This document shows positions 13,101 to 26,496 of a DNA stretch of 64,000 bases, piece by piece. The stretch covers positions 372,001-436,000 of the forward strand of contig NOWV01000010.1 in the NCBI GenBank assembly GCA_003344405.1. The letters run 5' to 3'. The position numbers and the translations under genes are program-made. The stretch comes from Trichoplax sp. H2 (taxonomy: Eukaryota). Each line of letters opens with the position of its first letter. Positions within the stretch are counted from its first letter, which is position 1. The notes under the pieces are model-generated. The model ran no database searches. It was not told the DNA's origin and saw only the letters and a program-made list of their open reading frames with translations.

Positions 13101-16100
13101 GTTACATTTTCACATGCTAGTTAAACCAGAGTGGTTGTACATAAATATTATTTTTACTTTCGCCCTGATGTCAATGTATCAACGAGCATATTAACCAGCG
13201 TATCTTTAGTTGTAGATCCTCCAACATCATACAGTAAACCTAAGCCACTAGACGCCATTTCTTGCGTGATCTCTAAATAGTTACGCCAAAATGAATATTT
13301 AAAGAACTTTTAAATAATCTAATAAAAGTACTCATCATGGCAGCTAGCAGTTACGGTCGATACAATTACGGTATGTTACTATTGCAAAAAAGGCGAAGTA
13401 TTCTCAGATTTTAAAAAATTTTTAAGTATCACTTCGTAGCTAATCCACATTTATCAGTTAGTTAAAGTAGACGGCCGTCAAGCCTATGCATAAAATTAAT
13501 TAGCATTTTAACACAGAAGAAAAATTACATTACAATACATAAATTTGAGCGTAAACAATTATTGTTGAAAAGATAGAATATGCTCATATTACTTACCGTC
13601 ATTTTCTGTTAAGAAATTAATAAAAATTATTTGAATTTTTTGCAACCAATTCTATATTAATTAATGTAAGTTACAAAAATAAAGTTAATAAATACGCTTT
13701 GAGTACATAAAACACAAAGATACTACAAGGAATATTTATGATAATTATGGTTTAAAGAATAAATATTTGGGAATAACGATGCAAACTTTGATAAATTATA
13801 ACCTGTAATTCTGGCATATTGCCAGAATATTTCAATATGGAGAAAAGCCAGATACACGTTGCCTACATAGAAATATCAGTTAATACTTGTGCAGATGTCA
13901 CAGCAAGTTGAACAACTAGATTTGCACTTTCATACTGTATGATGGCTTACTTGACGAATTGTCGGGTTCGGATTGGTTGCATATCGGGTTAGTAACATAT
14001 CTAGTAACCATCTCATCAATTCTGAATCATATTGATTAGGTTCGCGTATACTATCGGCAAGTCGGTAGAAATGGCGTTAATCGGTTTTTAATTTTCTAGA
14101 TTATTAGCTGGCTCAAAATTGGTTATCATTATAACGTACGTTTTAGAGCTAATAAGGTTACATTGAAGAGCTGAGGAGATATGTCTAGCTGTAATTAGTG
14201 ACAGCGCTTTGCCGATTGTAAATAATAAGTCAATTTGTTGGCCCTGCAGTAATACCAGAACAAAGTTGCAATTAAACAATAACAAAAGTTAGTGTAGTTT
14301 AGCAAGATTCCTGTTATTAGAATTACGTGTATCTTACTTTACTTTCCGTTAGCATTGTTTCAATGAGCTCTTTAAGTTTAGGAAAATGAGGGTCACCAAC
14401 TGGAAGATGGCCAATCGTAATATAAAGATTTTCCTTTACCTGTGGTGATACATTTAAAGCTTCTGATTACTTCAAGTTGAGACCATGAATACAATGTAAT
14501 AAATCAGGACCTTTTTATCTTTGGATTTCTGCAATCGAGTTTGTAACCTCTTGGCAATTGAACTTTTACTGAGATCATTATCGGATTCATCCGGTAAAGG
14601 TAGTGGTTTAATAGACCCCATCTCGGTTAGAATAGTACAGGCAGTATTGACAAAAACGGCTTGCGAATCAGCTAACCTAATTGCTAAAGTGACAAGATAT
14701 CCAAATTTATCAAAAATTTTTATCAGTGTAGTAGCAGTCAACACGCGTACAACATTTACGATAAATATCAATGAGATTTGAAGGTCATCATAATGCCATA
14801 TTAACCTATATGATGAAGTATCTCCTTCGCTAGCATATTTTCATTTTGTGAGTCAAAGACTACTTTACAATTTAAATCAGAGGTAAAGAATGTTCTGTAA
14901 ACTAAACAGAATCCGGCAGAGGCAAAGGATCCATGTTGGACCTCAAATGACTGTATAAAATTGATTTGAAATAATTTAATAACAATTAGTAACTATTGTG
15001 GAAGTTACAAATTTCAGTATATAAATAAATTACACAAGCCTTGTTAATCGTTTAATTTACAATTACCATTAAAATTAATTTGAGCTTACGTGATAATTAG
15101 ATTTCTCAAGTAATTCTCGAACTTGTGTAATATATTTTACGCTGTCTTGTGAAGCTAGTATCATCCCATAGAGTCTACTCGCGAACAATCGGCAGTCATC
15201 AGAAACCCCATTTACGAAAGCCTAAATCATTCAGTGCAGAAAGTAGTAATATTCTCCGTGTTATAAGCTACATTGCACATTATAAAGTGGTGTACATGAT
15301 GGTTAAATTACTAAGCTACTCTCATTCAGCTAGCAACCTTTTTAGTGTTTTTTACCTGAATTTTACTATTCCATTTACCATTCATCAATCTAACATGTAA
15401 GCGAATAGGATCAGCATTGATTGCTTCTAATAAGCAGTACAATCCAACTTTATGTAAATTGGAACCTAAAATAATACAGCTAGTTAATTATTATAAATGA
15501 ATACATATTACGATTCTACACGAAACCTCAATTAATACTATAGGCATACGTTACCTCCAGCGGGACTTAAAGACTCATAGGCTAACGAGAAATATTCATC
15601 AATAATAGATTCTGTTTTGTGATAATGTGTTAGCATTGTTAGTATCAAGTAATGTTGTCTAAGCAATTTAACCACGAATATAAGAGAAGTAGTAATTAAA
15701 ATTCTGTCAGTTAATTATTAATTTCTACCTTTGTTGAATTGATTGGAGCCATAAATCTGTAGATGTCGATCTAACAATTCCAAAAAAGGTATTGACTGTA
15801 AAGCATCTTCCGGAATATCATCTTGACTTTCAAGTAGACATCTCCGAGTATATGTTAATAACTAGGCAAAATGCAAATTACGCTGGTGATAATTCTGCAC
15901 ATATACTATGGCAGTCAAACAATTTAATAAAATTGAAGTGAAGGTTATTATCAGCTACTTAGCAGTAACTCTACTTGCATTAAAGGGTGACAAAATTTAA
16001 CGACATGATTTAATTCACATTAAACAAAAAGACTACTAAAATAAGTAAGCAAAAAGCAAGTAAATATAGAGTCCTAAAAAATTTAACTTTAAAATTGTAG

Positions 16101-19100
16101 TACGAAAAATATGAATCACAGTTCGTTAAATACGTGCACAAAAGATTATAAGAGATATGCTATCCACCATACAGATAAATAATTACTACAGTATTTATCC
16201 ACAATACGATAATAAAATTGTTATCGCAATCATTTTTTATATCAAAATTCATCTAAAGTGACACTCAATAAATTGGGAATTCGCGTTAATGACAAAAAAA
16301 TTATTCAATTTCATACCTCCATAAGAATTGCTGGAGAAAATGGCAATATTCCGCTTTCTGTTTTAAAGCAGCGAGGGTTATTGGTGCTTAATCTTGTTTC
16401 CATCTAAATTTAATTGTCAGAATTTTACATAGACGCATACTTTTTTGATCACACGCGTCTGCAAATAGTTTGACTCGTGAAAGGCGTTTGTACCTGTTGT
16501 CTCACATATTGTAAAAGCTTTATAAATGATGGAAACTTGTAATCTGGTGTTGAATTTGAGTCGGAAATATTTGAAGCGCTTGTTAATCCTAATCCACGTT
16601 TAGCTTCTTCTCGAATTTCTTCATTGCTAAGGGGCGATATTAGCGAGAAAAAGATAATTTACTACAATGAGTGATCAAGATTTTACAGGCTGGGAGTTGA
16701 TCTAGAAGTTGCAGTGTCCAATATAGTTACTCGAAATTTTATATTCCTGAAGCTTATAAAATTACCTATCAGCGGAAGCCAATATACAAACATAACGTGA
16801 AGTCACATTGTCAGTCGGAAATATAATATTTGCTAGCCTAACAGATAACAACCTACACGGCAATATTGTCTAAAATGGCAGAGAAACGAAACCATTCTTA
16901 TAATGATTATAGTAATATCCATATTAAGCTTTCTTGGTAAATAGAAGAGTAAAAGAGTATCTATTCATTTTGTACAGAAGCAACAGCTAGCTGTCTTACT
17001 TCTGAGAAATATCAAGCAAACTTACATGTTCTACATATTGAAGTAGTAAATTCTCTAACATGGTTGTATCTGTTTCTGATACCGATTTGTAACAGGAAGC
17101 CATATCAATTAGAGCATCGCGCAAAGCAGATTTTGAATCTGCGTCTTCCTGAAGAGCAAAGTTTAAGTGATATAGTATATATTGCATATGCTAGAGAACC
17201 TTTAAGATAAGTAACGAGCTCCTTCGATTACCTCAGTTAGCGCATTGAAAAACTGCACAACAATACCAACGTCTTTGGCGAACATATTTGGTAATCGCCT
17301 AATTAAAAATTAGATATAAAATTAACGCTATAATCTGATTGAAAACAGCAGTAGCTGTTAAGATCATTTTAAAATGTTACAATAAATACATCGTACTTTG
17401 ATAAATATCCGCAATTATGGTACGACAGCTGACGTAGAATAGATTCCTATGATTTAAAATGAAAGAGACAAAGTGATTACAGTTGCAGGTTATTATATTC
17501 ATGTTTATAATTATAGGATATGTTGGTAAGGATAGCAAACCTTTTCACTACTGATTAACTTCTTGAGTGAAGAAAACAATATAGGACCCATAATCTTTAT
17601 TTTAGTATTTGATGATCTAAAACAAATTTTATACGTTTTAGTATGGATATGTCGTTAAGGATGCGAAAATAGTATGCTATGATTATTTGGCGTTTACTGT
17701 CGAAATTTTTACGCGCTTACTTCTTACAAACATGACCCATAAACTGCAAAGCAAAAGTTTTGAGCCGTTGTGTAGTAGTAGGTGCATTCAATGCATCAAA
17801 AATGACTTGCATGCAAGGCGGAAATTCATCACCAGCTTTATTAGATTTTATCAATAGTGGTATTATGAGCAGCTTAACTCGATTATTTGCAGGAATTCTT
17901 TGCTCCTCAGGTTTAATTATCGTCTGAGTCTAAACAATAAAATACAACTTAGCAAATAAGGAATACGGCATTCGTGTTATAATCATATACACAATAATAC
18001 GTCAAAATCTGTAAGAGGAATTCGCAGACACCTACTTTTGAAAGTGTTTTCATCGATGACCCCAAATAGAGCTGGTACAAGATAGTTATAAGCTGAGCAG
18101 ATTCCCAATCGATCGAACTTGTATTATAACAGCAGTTTTTTAATTAATAATATGTATGTACAATAATTTGCTACATCAGTATCATTTTCAAGAATGCTGA
18201 GATGAAACTCGGCTAATTATACAGTATTGCTGTACAATTAGCAGAGTTTCTTCTACCCTATCCTATTCTCTATAGTATTAATGCTAACTATTGATGTAGT
18301 TTCATTGAATCAATCATTATACAGTATCTACTTATAGTTGTGTAGCCTTAATACTTGTAGAATGCAATGTCTCATATGACTACCTTTGCCTTTTTGTAAG
18401 TTCATTTGAGCCCAGATTTGATATACTAAAAGACAAGAATGTTTATTGCTCTGTACTATTTAGATGGTCAATCAATGAATAAAAGTAATCCCAATCAAAG
18501 TTACATTCTACCTCCATCGGGCATCACCAGATGCTATTATAAGGTGAGGAGCAATTGCTGTCTCAGTGAAAAGATCAGTTGCCAGAAATTTAAGGATTCC
18601 TAGCTTCATCTGCAATGTTGGTAATAAAGTGCGAAGACATTCATATTCAAATTAATGCATACCGTTAGATGTATATGCTTGAGAAAAAGAATAAACTACC
18701 TTTTCTAATTGATCAGGATTTATACCACCTTCTGGAATAATTCGTTTTATACTTGCGGCACTAAGGCAAGGTGCTCCTTCTAACTTGGCTAAGTCGATTT
18801 GAGGACTACAGCGTTATTATGAATAGAAGAAAAGATTTTACAACCCCATACGTACTTCAATAAAGTAAAGTTCTGGGTAACCGTTACAAATGAAGTAATT
18901 CACCTATAAGGCATAGAGAGAAGGTCTAAGAGATACTGTAGGAGAGAGCTTCCAGTATTACTTAGCTTGTTATCAGCAATACCGATCATTCGACGTAGTT
19001 CCTCAACAGAGTACTTTTCCTTCAATTCACTGAAAAGTGGAACTATTAACTGAAAAACTCTGTCGAGAATAAATAACAGGATAAATTAGTAGAGGAATGA

Positions 19101-20764
19101 AACAAATTTAATTTTAGAGTTCCGATCTGGCTTAGCTATTTTCAAGAAATATACTGCTAAATTTACTGATACTTAGGATTTTCTATATAAAATTTACCGA
19201 TCTTGCTGCGCTGCAGTTTTGCTAGTGATACATTCAAAAAGTCTAGGTACTATCTGTAACTGGTCAGCCAAACTTAATCTTGTAAAGCCCATTTTTAAAT
19301 ATACCGTAGTAAAGTTCTAATAAAATAAGATAATATTTCATATTACTCTTATGTATTAGCATGTGAAAGCGATAATGTAGTAATTACTTTACTTTATGGA
19401 TACCATGATTAATTATCATTTTTATTATTGTTATGGCTAACTCTTGTTGAATTACCTGGACGAACGATGGGGTAGCATCATCCTATTGACAAGCATTATT
19501 ATATGAAGGGCATAAATTAGAAAATGGAAGTAATTTTTTAATTAAGAGTATAATGTATGGGTCAAGTAATAATAATATTACTACACTAGTATCAAATATC
19601 ATTATACTACTTCATATAGTACTATCTCCATTAAATGTAGCTGGTCGTTATACTGTGTCATATTGCTCTACTGTACATTACGTATACAAGAAAAGTTACC
19701 AATTTAAATATTCTATATTGAATGCTAAACAGGCGTAAACGCTATTTATACTAACGGTAAACAGTTATACTAGGAAAACTATTAATGCTATATACCTGAA
19801 ATTGATCCAATAAAGCATCAAGAGGTAATTTGATATCAGTTTGGTTGCGAATACGTTTATTGACATGATTCAGTAATTCCAAGACCTATTCATGTAAATA
19901 ATTCGCTAGACTCATCTATAGTAAATCGAGCTTGATGCAATTTGAAAACAGTAGGCTAATATTAAAGTCCATATTTTAAGACAAAGTTGTGCCTTGAACT
20001 AGTACTATATACAACATTAACAGTATCTACAAGGAAAAGGTAGTATAATGTATACACTTTGTTATTTATTGCACTTGCATTCTACCACTTTGCAAGATGT
20101 ACGGGTCGTATACTTGTATGTGTGCCTCAGTACTACTGATCAAACTAATACGACAAACTAACATTGTGCACAAGCAATTTTCGCACGAGTATCATGAAGT
20201 GTAAAAATCAGCATGCTTCGGAGTAACAAACGTCTACAGAACTGTAGATGGTAGTAATCTAATGTGACTGCGGCTTTCAGTTTTATCGCAATAGAGGGTA
20301 AATAAATACTACTAATAGTTGCCTCATTTCTCTAGAAATACGCATACATAGCAATCCTTACCTTCTTTCGAACATCTTCATCAGGATGGCTTAATTTTAG
20401 TAGGATCGAAGGCAAAAATTTATGTAACTCTTTTTCCAGCTGCTCATCTTTCTCAGCTAATCCAAAGCGTAACAATAACCGTTCTAACAATTCTAGCCAT
20501 AATCAACATTATAGCATTGGAATTAATCAAATTTTTCATTGAAATTCGAATGAATCAAATTTTTCTACCTATCTATTCAACCAAAACAACCTTTCACTGA
20601 TAACATTAACTGTCATTGTAACTCCCGAAATAAAGGCATATATAATTATACAAGACTATTGCTACATTCAAAGGAAGTAATAGGAGATGTGGACATATTA
20701 GAACACAAATTCGCCATGATGACTAAAATAATTTCATACCTAAATTGGCGGCCACGTCAGTCAT
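7148..20764 (-). CDS. ECPAS: Proteasome adapter and scaffold protein ECM29 (HEAT repeat), about 55 exons
   Basis: Exon 1 ATG at 20764 (MTDVAANL) splices to [44 protein letters not shown]. Internal hallmark [36 protein letters not shown], plus RYRYDP, WRVRES and GGIRLY. Last exon ends NQILKSL-TAA at 7148. GT-AG boundaries where checked. Confidence 0.95.
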
Positions 20765-20812
20765 TTTGATAAATGAAGCTGCGTTTTGCTGATGCACGGT
20801 GTATTCAGCAAA

Positions 20813-20980
20813 ACTACAGGACTGTACAGTACATTTTGTATTGCATCGTACAGTACAGTATTGTACTGTACGGTATAATTAATTATTGAAACCCAGTACA
20901 GTACCTATTGACATATTCGTAAGGTACTGTACAACCTGTACTGCAGGTTTGAATCTGTGCATCAGATCTCCATAGTACAG
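20813..20980. promoter_or_regulatory. CAGTA/TACTG pentamer cluster at ECM29 5' end
   Basis: actgtacagtac, cgtacagtacagtattgtactgtacggta, cagtacagtacc and ggtactgtaca lie about 50-215 bp upstream of the ECM29 ATG. Confidence 0.6.
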
Positions 20981-21049
20981 TGCGTATCTTATACGCCTCT
21001 ATTGTGACCTATGCATACATATACAGCAGCAGGGACTACTAAGTGTTAG

Positions 21050-21950
21050 GAGAGAAAAACGTTTTCTCTTAGTAGGCAATTATGATATGGTCGATGGACA
21101 GTATGACAATCCAAGATTCTAGGATTGTCGAAAGTTTCGAGATTAACTTGTAACAACTGGTTTAGTTTAATAAAAAACAACATACTTGAGCTAACAGCAT
21201 TACAAGTCAACCTCGAAATTTTTGATAATCCTAGAAGTAGATGGTCATACCTCGGGAATTGACCATATATCATGCAACAACCTTACCGTAAGATTTAGTT
21301 GTCCATGACTTTAGTCTACCGTCAATAGAAGTACTGCACAAAATTACTAGTGACCACGCTTATACGAATGTTATTATATATTAATTATGAATCATTATAC
21401 GTACTTATCCATCCATTCTTTTATAACGGAGGCTTACGAAACTAAATTCATCTACGTATTAAGATTCACATTCACCAGTTGATTGTATACTGTACAACTT
21501 ACGACGTTACAAACTACTTTCCGATTATAAAGCGATATGCTATTATTAACAATCCAATACTAAAGCCATACGTAAATCCGCTTCGGAATTATATAAATGC
21601 ACATGGCCATAAACATTGATTACATTATCGGTTATTTCATATTTTCGATAATCGTAATCAAAAATCTACTAACACTACGAATACTTGATCAGCTTCATCA
21701 CCGATACGGTTACTGATAACTCAACGAAATACATGCGACAATTTAATAAGGGTTATGTAAAGTTGCTATATGATAGCTCTGACTGATTAATTCATAGAAA
21801 TCAGAAGGTAAGATCAAAATATTTTAGACACCGATGAACGAGGGTTAGTATTGACTGTTTTTATTCAATGACGAATTAATGGTTAAGATCATCCAATCGT
21901 CCGAGAAAACTTCATATTTACTTCGAATTAGTACTGTACAGCTTGGACTA
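21050..21950 (+). pseudogene. Decayed LRR-protein fragment, probably the same family as the 300-4830 relic (boundaries approximate)
   Basis: IKNLLTLRILD (21657-21689) and LNEIHATI**GLCKV (21720-21764) are in the same frame. Also GLRN*IHLRI, LPSIEVLH and LEIFDNPR. The 15-mer atgacaatccaagat at ~21102 recurs at 1411. Confidence 0.45.
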
Positions 21951-22348
21951 CAAATAGATGCCCTACAATGAAGGAGAGATGGAAATAAAAGTTAATATGA
22001 TTGTATACGGTTAATTTATATTTCAGAAATTAGCTTGAAAATAGAGTATTTAATTTCGTAACATTTCGGGCTATTCTGTCATTCGTAGTTATCAATCATG
22101 CAGTTATGAAACTATCTTTTAAGACCTAAAGGTATAAATATCTTTAAGCAATGATAAAGCCCCAGAACGCCTCTTTTTAACATTCCTTATCAATTTTATG
22201 GTATACTGTGTATCAAATACTATTAATCAACAGTCACTCAGGGTAAGAAACTACCGAAATCATTCTGCTTGAGTTAGTATAGTATAATCTGCTGTTACCT
22301 TGCATACAATGTAAAGTAATGCAACAAATACAATCTATCCAAACAAAC

Positions 22349-23546
<1,198 letters not shown>

Positions 23547-23581
23547 CGTTATACTATCAAGCAGCACAGCCGATGATCAGC

Positions 23582-23594
23582 AGAGAAGAAGAGG
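23582..23594 (-). promoter_or_regulatory. TCT initiator / 5'TOP pyrimidine tract of RPS28
   Basis: Minus strand reads CCTCTTCTTCTCT, about 45 nt upstream of the ATG. It fits the YCTYTYY TCT consensus typical of ribosomal protein genes. Confidence 0.7.
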
Positions 23595-23843
23595 CTTCCA
23601 CACGTGCGAAAATCTCCGTATGAAGAAAAACTGCATCGTATCTGCCCATGCGTGAAAAATGATGGTACTATACCACGATGGCCATAACCGTCATAAGTGT
23701 ACCAGCACAGTTTATGGCCACTGTTTTGTCCTATAAGGTACAATTACTGTATTCCTACGCATACGCCACTGTTGCGTGTAGTGTAGATCTTTGTACATTC
23801 GCCCATTAGGTATATCGTAGCTAGCTTAATATCGCCGGCCGTA

Positions 23844-23874
23844 GTGACCAGTGACCACTAACCACTGACCAGTG
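23844..23874. repeat. Four tandem heptamers (gtgacca gtgacca ctaacca ctgacca)
   Basis: Read directly from the sequence. Confidence 0.8.
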
Positions 23875-23890
23875 TTACCTACTTTACTTG

Positions 23891-23956
23891 ACCATACCGT
23901 ACCATACCGTACCATACCGTACCATACCGTACCATACCGTACCGTACCGTGCCGTA
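23891..23956. repeat. (ACCATACCGT)5 decamer microsatellite plus ACCGT tail
   Basis: Five perfect copies at 23891-23940, followed by accgtaccgtgccgta. Confidence 0.95.
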
Positions 23957-24113
23957 GCGTCCATCACTCCAAAGCTCGAATCGAATCATTTGATACTACA
24001 GTACAGTACTGTACAGTACAGTACAATATTCCTGTTGATGCACTACTGCGTTAGCCTGTTAGTTATATTTTTTCCCAGTTAAAGTACTGTACAGCGTCAT
24101 TAATTTCAAAAAT

Positions 24114-24185
24114 ACTAGTGCAAACTCCCGTCGCTTTGCTGACGGTTTACGATAATGTGCTCATTTAACAGATAGTATTACCATT
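24114..24185 (-). mobile_element. Helitron-like 3' terminus (hairpin + CTAG), copy 1 of a dispersed repeat
   Basis: Minus strand reads CCGTCAGCAAAGCGACGG-gagtttgca-CTAG-T. A near-identical copy lies at 61616-61697. Confidence 0.55.
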
Positions 24186-24190
24186 TGTCG

Positions 24191-24426
24191 TAGACCTGTC
24201 AGAGGTTCAGTAATTTTATACCGTGTACTGTGTACTGTATGCTGTACAGTACAAATGCACGGTACAGCACTACAATACTGTACTGTACTGTACTGTACAG
24301 TACTGTACTTTTGCTACAGTACTCAGATTGTACTGTACAGTACAGTACTGTAGAACCGAACCGACGAACCACAGTTCACGTTGACGTACTGTAAATCGGT
24401 TCGGAACCGAACCTCTGACAGGTCTA
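24191..24426. mobile_element. 236-bp MITE-like element with perfect 18-bp terminal inverted repeats (hAT-like)
   Basis: TAGACCTGTCAGAGGTTC at 24191-24208 and its reverse complement GAACCTCTGACAGGTCTA at 24409-24426. Subterminal AACCG/GGTTC repeats are present. No target-site duplication is visible. Confidence 0.65.
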
Positions 24427-25014
24427 TACAGATCACTGTAGATTATTCTTATACTGTACCGCACAGTATTGCACAGTACTGTACTGTACTTTTATTAAAA
24501 TACTATACTGTACAGTGTACAGTGTACAGTACAGTGGTACAGTATCGAAACGAAAATAATACTAGTGTGCAGTACTGTACAGTACTGTACGTAATATTCC
24601 ACTGTACTGTACAGTACCATCAGTATACTGTACAGTACTGTACAAATTGCAGTTAGAAATGCACAACGTCTCAAAGATTCATGAGACGTTAACATGGCTA
24701 ATACTGTACTGTACTGTACTGTACTGTACAGTGTACTGTACTGTACACTGTACAGCGTTACAGTATTTATTAGTTTATACTGAAGTACAGTAGAAGAAGT
24801 CCGTGACAGAGTGACACTACAGTACTGTTGACGTTGGATTACGAGAGATGGTTGCGGTCTTATTCCAGTCTTATAGTTTTTGAATGAATTAATTTAATTT
24901 AATCGCCTCCCCTTTTTCAATTTACCTATCCACAGACATGAATATATAGAGTACTCATTTTACTCTTTATGAAAGTATAAACTGTATGTGTGGGTCTATA
25001 ATAGATATGACAAG

Positions 25015-25689
25015 ATGGTTTTAGAAGGTAGAATTACTAAAGAAGAATTTAACGACTTGGTTCTCACGCTGATCGAAAAGTCCCAACAATTGCACGATGA
25101 ATGGGAAAGGATCGAACATGTTTGTGGTGATAAAGTCATTTATTATTTATGCAAAAGAAATTACTATCGATTAGTTAACCCAACAAGGGTATCATCCAAC
25201 AATAATGCTATCTTGGATGATGATACCGATGATGACGAAGCAAATGATATCTTACAAAATTGTAGTACAATTGAACCTGAAGATAACAACTGCTGCAATA
25301 GTCTTGCACAAGCGCCTAATAGCCAAAATCACCAACAAGTTTATCATGTTTATGAATATCATATCGTTTATAGTCCGGCTTATTCCGTGCCAGTGTTATA
25401 TTTTGACCCAAAAACAACCGATGGAAGAAGATTAGCTTTAGAAGAAATTTGGAACACCGTCAATTTAGAATATGCACAAAGTGTTAAGTATGATGCTTGG
25501 TCTTTCATAAGTCAACAAGAACACCCTTTGCTGGGTAGAGTTTTTTACTTTATTCATCCTTGTCACACGTCAAATTTCATGCAAATCATCACTGGAAAAG
25601 GATCGAATGAAAAACTTTATTTATGCACATGGCTATCTGCAGTCGGCCCTGTTATCGGTTTACAATTGTCCCCATCATATTTCCTGTAA
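25015..25689 (+). CDS. ATG10: Ubiquitin-like conjugating (E2-like) autophagy enzyme ATG10, single coding exon
   Basis: YEYHIVYSPAYSVPVLYF, EEIW, ISQQEHPLLGRVFYFIHPCHT (catalytic HPC) and YLCTWLSAVGPVIGL. First in-frame ATG is at 25015, after a probable 5'UTR acceptor at 25004. Confidence 0.95.
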   Translation: MVLEGRITKEEFNDLVLTLIEKSQQLHDEWERIEHVCGDKVIYYLCKRNYYRLVNPTRVSSNNNAILDDDTDDDEANDILQNCSTIEPEDNNCCNSLAQAPNSQNHQQVYHVYEYHIVYSPAYSVPVLYFDPKTTDGRRLALEEIWNTVNLEYAQSVKYDAWSFISQQEHPLLGRVFYFIHPCHTSNFMQIITGKGSNEKLYLCTWLSAVGPVIGLQLSPSYFL

Positions 25690-26496
25690 ATATTGTAACA
25701 AAGTCGTGACAAATGTGATATACGCATACCTGTACAGTAAGGTAATCATCGATTACTCTAGTAGTGCCTTACGTGGTACCAACTGATAGCTAATTTGTTA
25801 CAATTTCACAGCTCTTTGCTTTCATATAAAAAGAACAGTATTCAACCCCATTATATTTGAGTTTCATACTATGTACTGTACTCATAATGATATGTCCTGT
25901 ACAAAGTAGTTATAGTATTATTATGCACATAAACTTGCACGATACGATGATGGAGAACGTAATATATTTATTTATTTTTATATAAAATTGAAATGTTATA
26001 ATCGCAGTACATAAGATTTATAAGCATTTTATAGAATATAAAACAAGTTATGCCATTGTACATTAAATGTTGTAGTATATTTAATATATAGGGTATATAT
26101 TTGTATACTTCATAGTCTTCCTGAGTGCTTGAGCTTGGCATAAGATGAATAGTTAAGATAAGAATCAATGTAAAACTGTATGGTAATATGAGACTTGACG
26201 TTAAATTTAGCCTATAATGGAGAATCACTCTGAGATGCTCAATAACCAGAATGTAGCAATTTTAGTAGTTGTGGTAATATCCAATACCACTTTACATAGA
26301 TACTTCATATACAGTATTGTCCAGTTATAAAATTAATCGAACATGACAGAATTACTTAATGCTATATAGATGTTGCATATAGACATTATAATCCTAATAA
26401 TGAAAGATTTAATACTATCTAGAAATGAATAAATATAAAAATTGTATTGACGACTAAAATCTATACAAACTATATTATACAACAAGGAAATTCAAA

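Larger units (their letters stand above)
23994..24830. repeat. Large CAGTA/TACTG pentamer field in the divergent RPS28/ATG10 promoter
   Basis: Many runs, such as tactgtactgtactgtactgtacagtactgtac (~24276-24308) and 24702-24755. Orientation flips at TGTACA and AGTACT palindromes. Confidence 0.9.

Noticed and set aside
13332-13338. C-box-like ATGATGA in an ECM29 intron; similar short TGATGA...CTGA spans at ~23328-23375 and ~44275-44317
   Set aside because: There is no downstream D box within the intron, or the spans are too short, and no rRNA complement was recognised.
20940-20965. ggtttgaatc resembling a tRNA T-loop
   Set aside because: No cloverleaf stems or A box could be built.
23872-24695. 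Overlapping ORFs rich in YCTV/TVQY/PYHT
   Set aside because: They are translations of pentamer and decamer repeats that happen to lack stops, not proteins. The same applies to 29799-30221 (except its last codons), 29854-30183 and 43292-43501.
23891-24830. Repeat field as a possible CRISPR array
   Set aside because: The context is eukaryotic, the units are 5-10 bp, and there are no regular unique spacers or cas genes.
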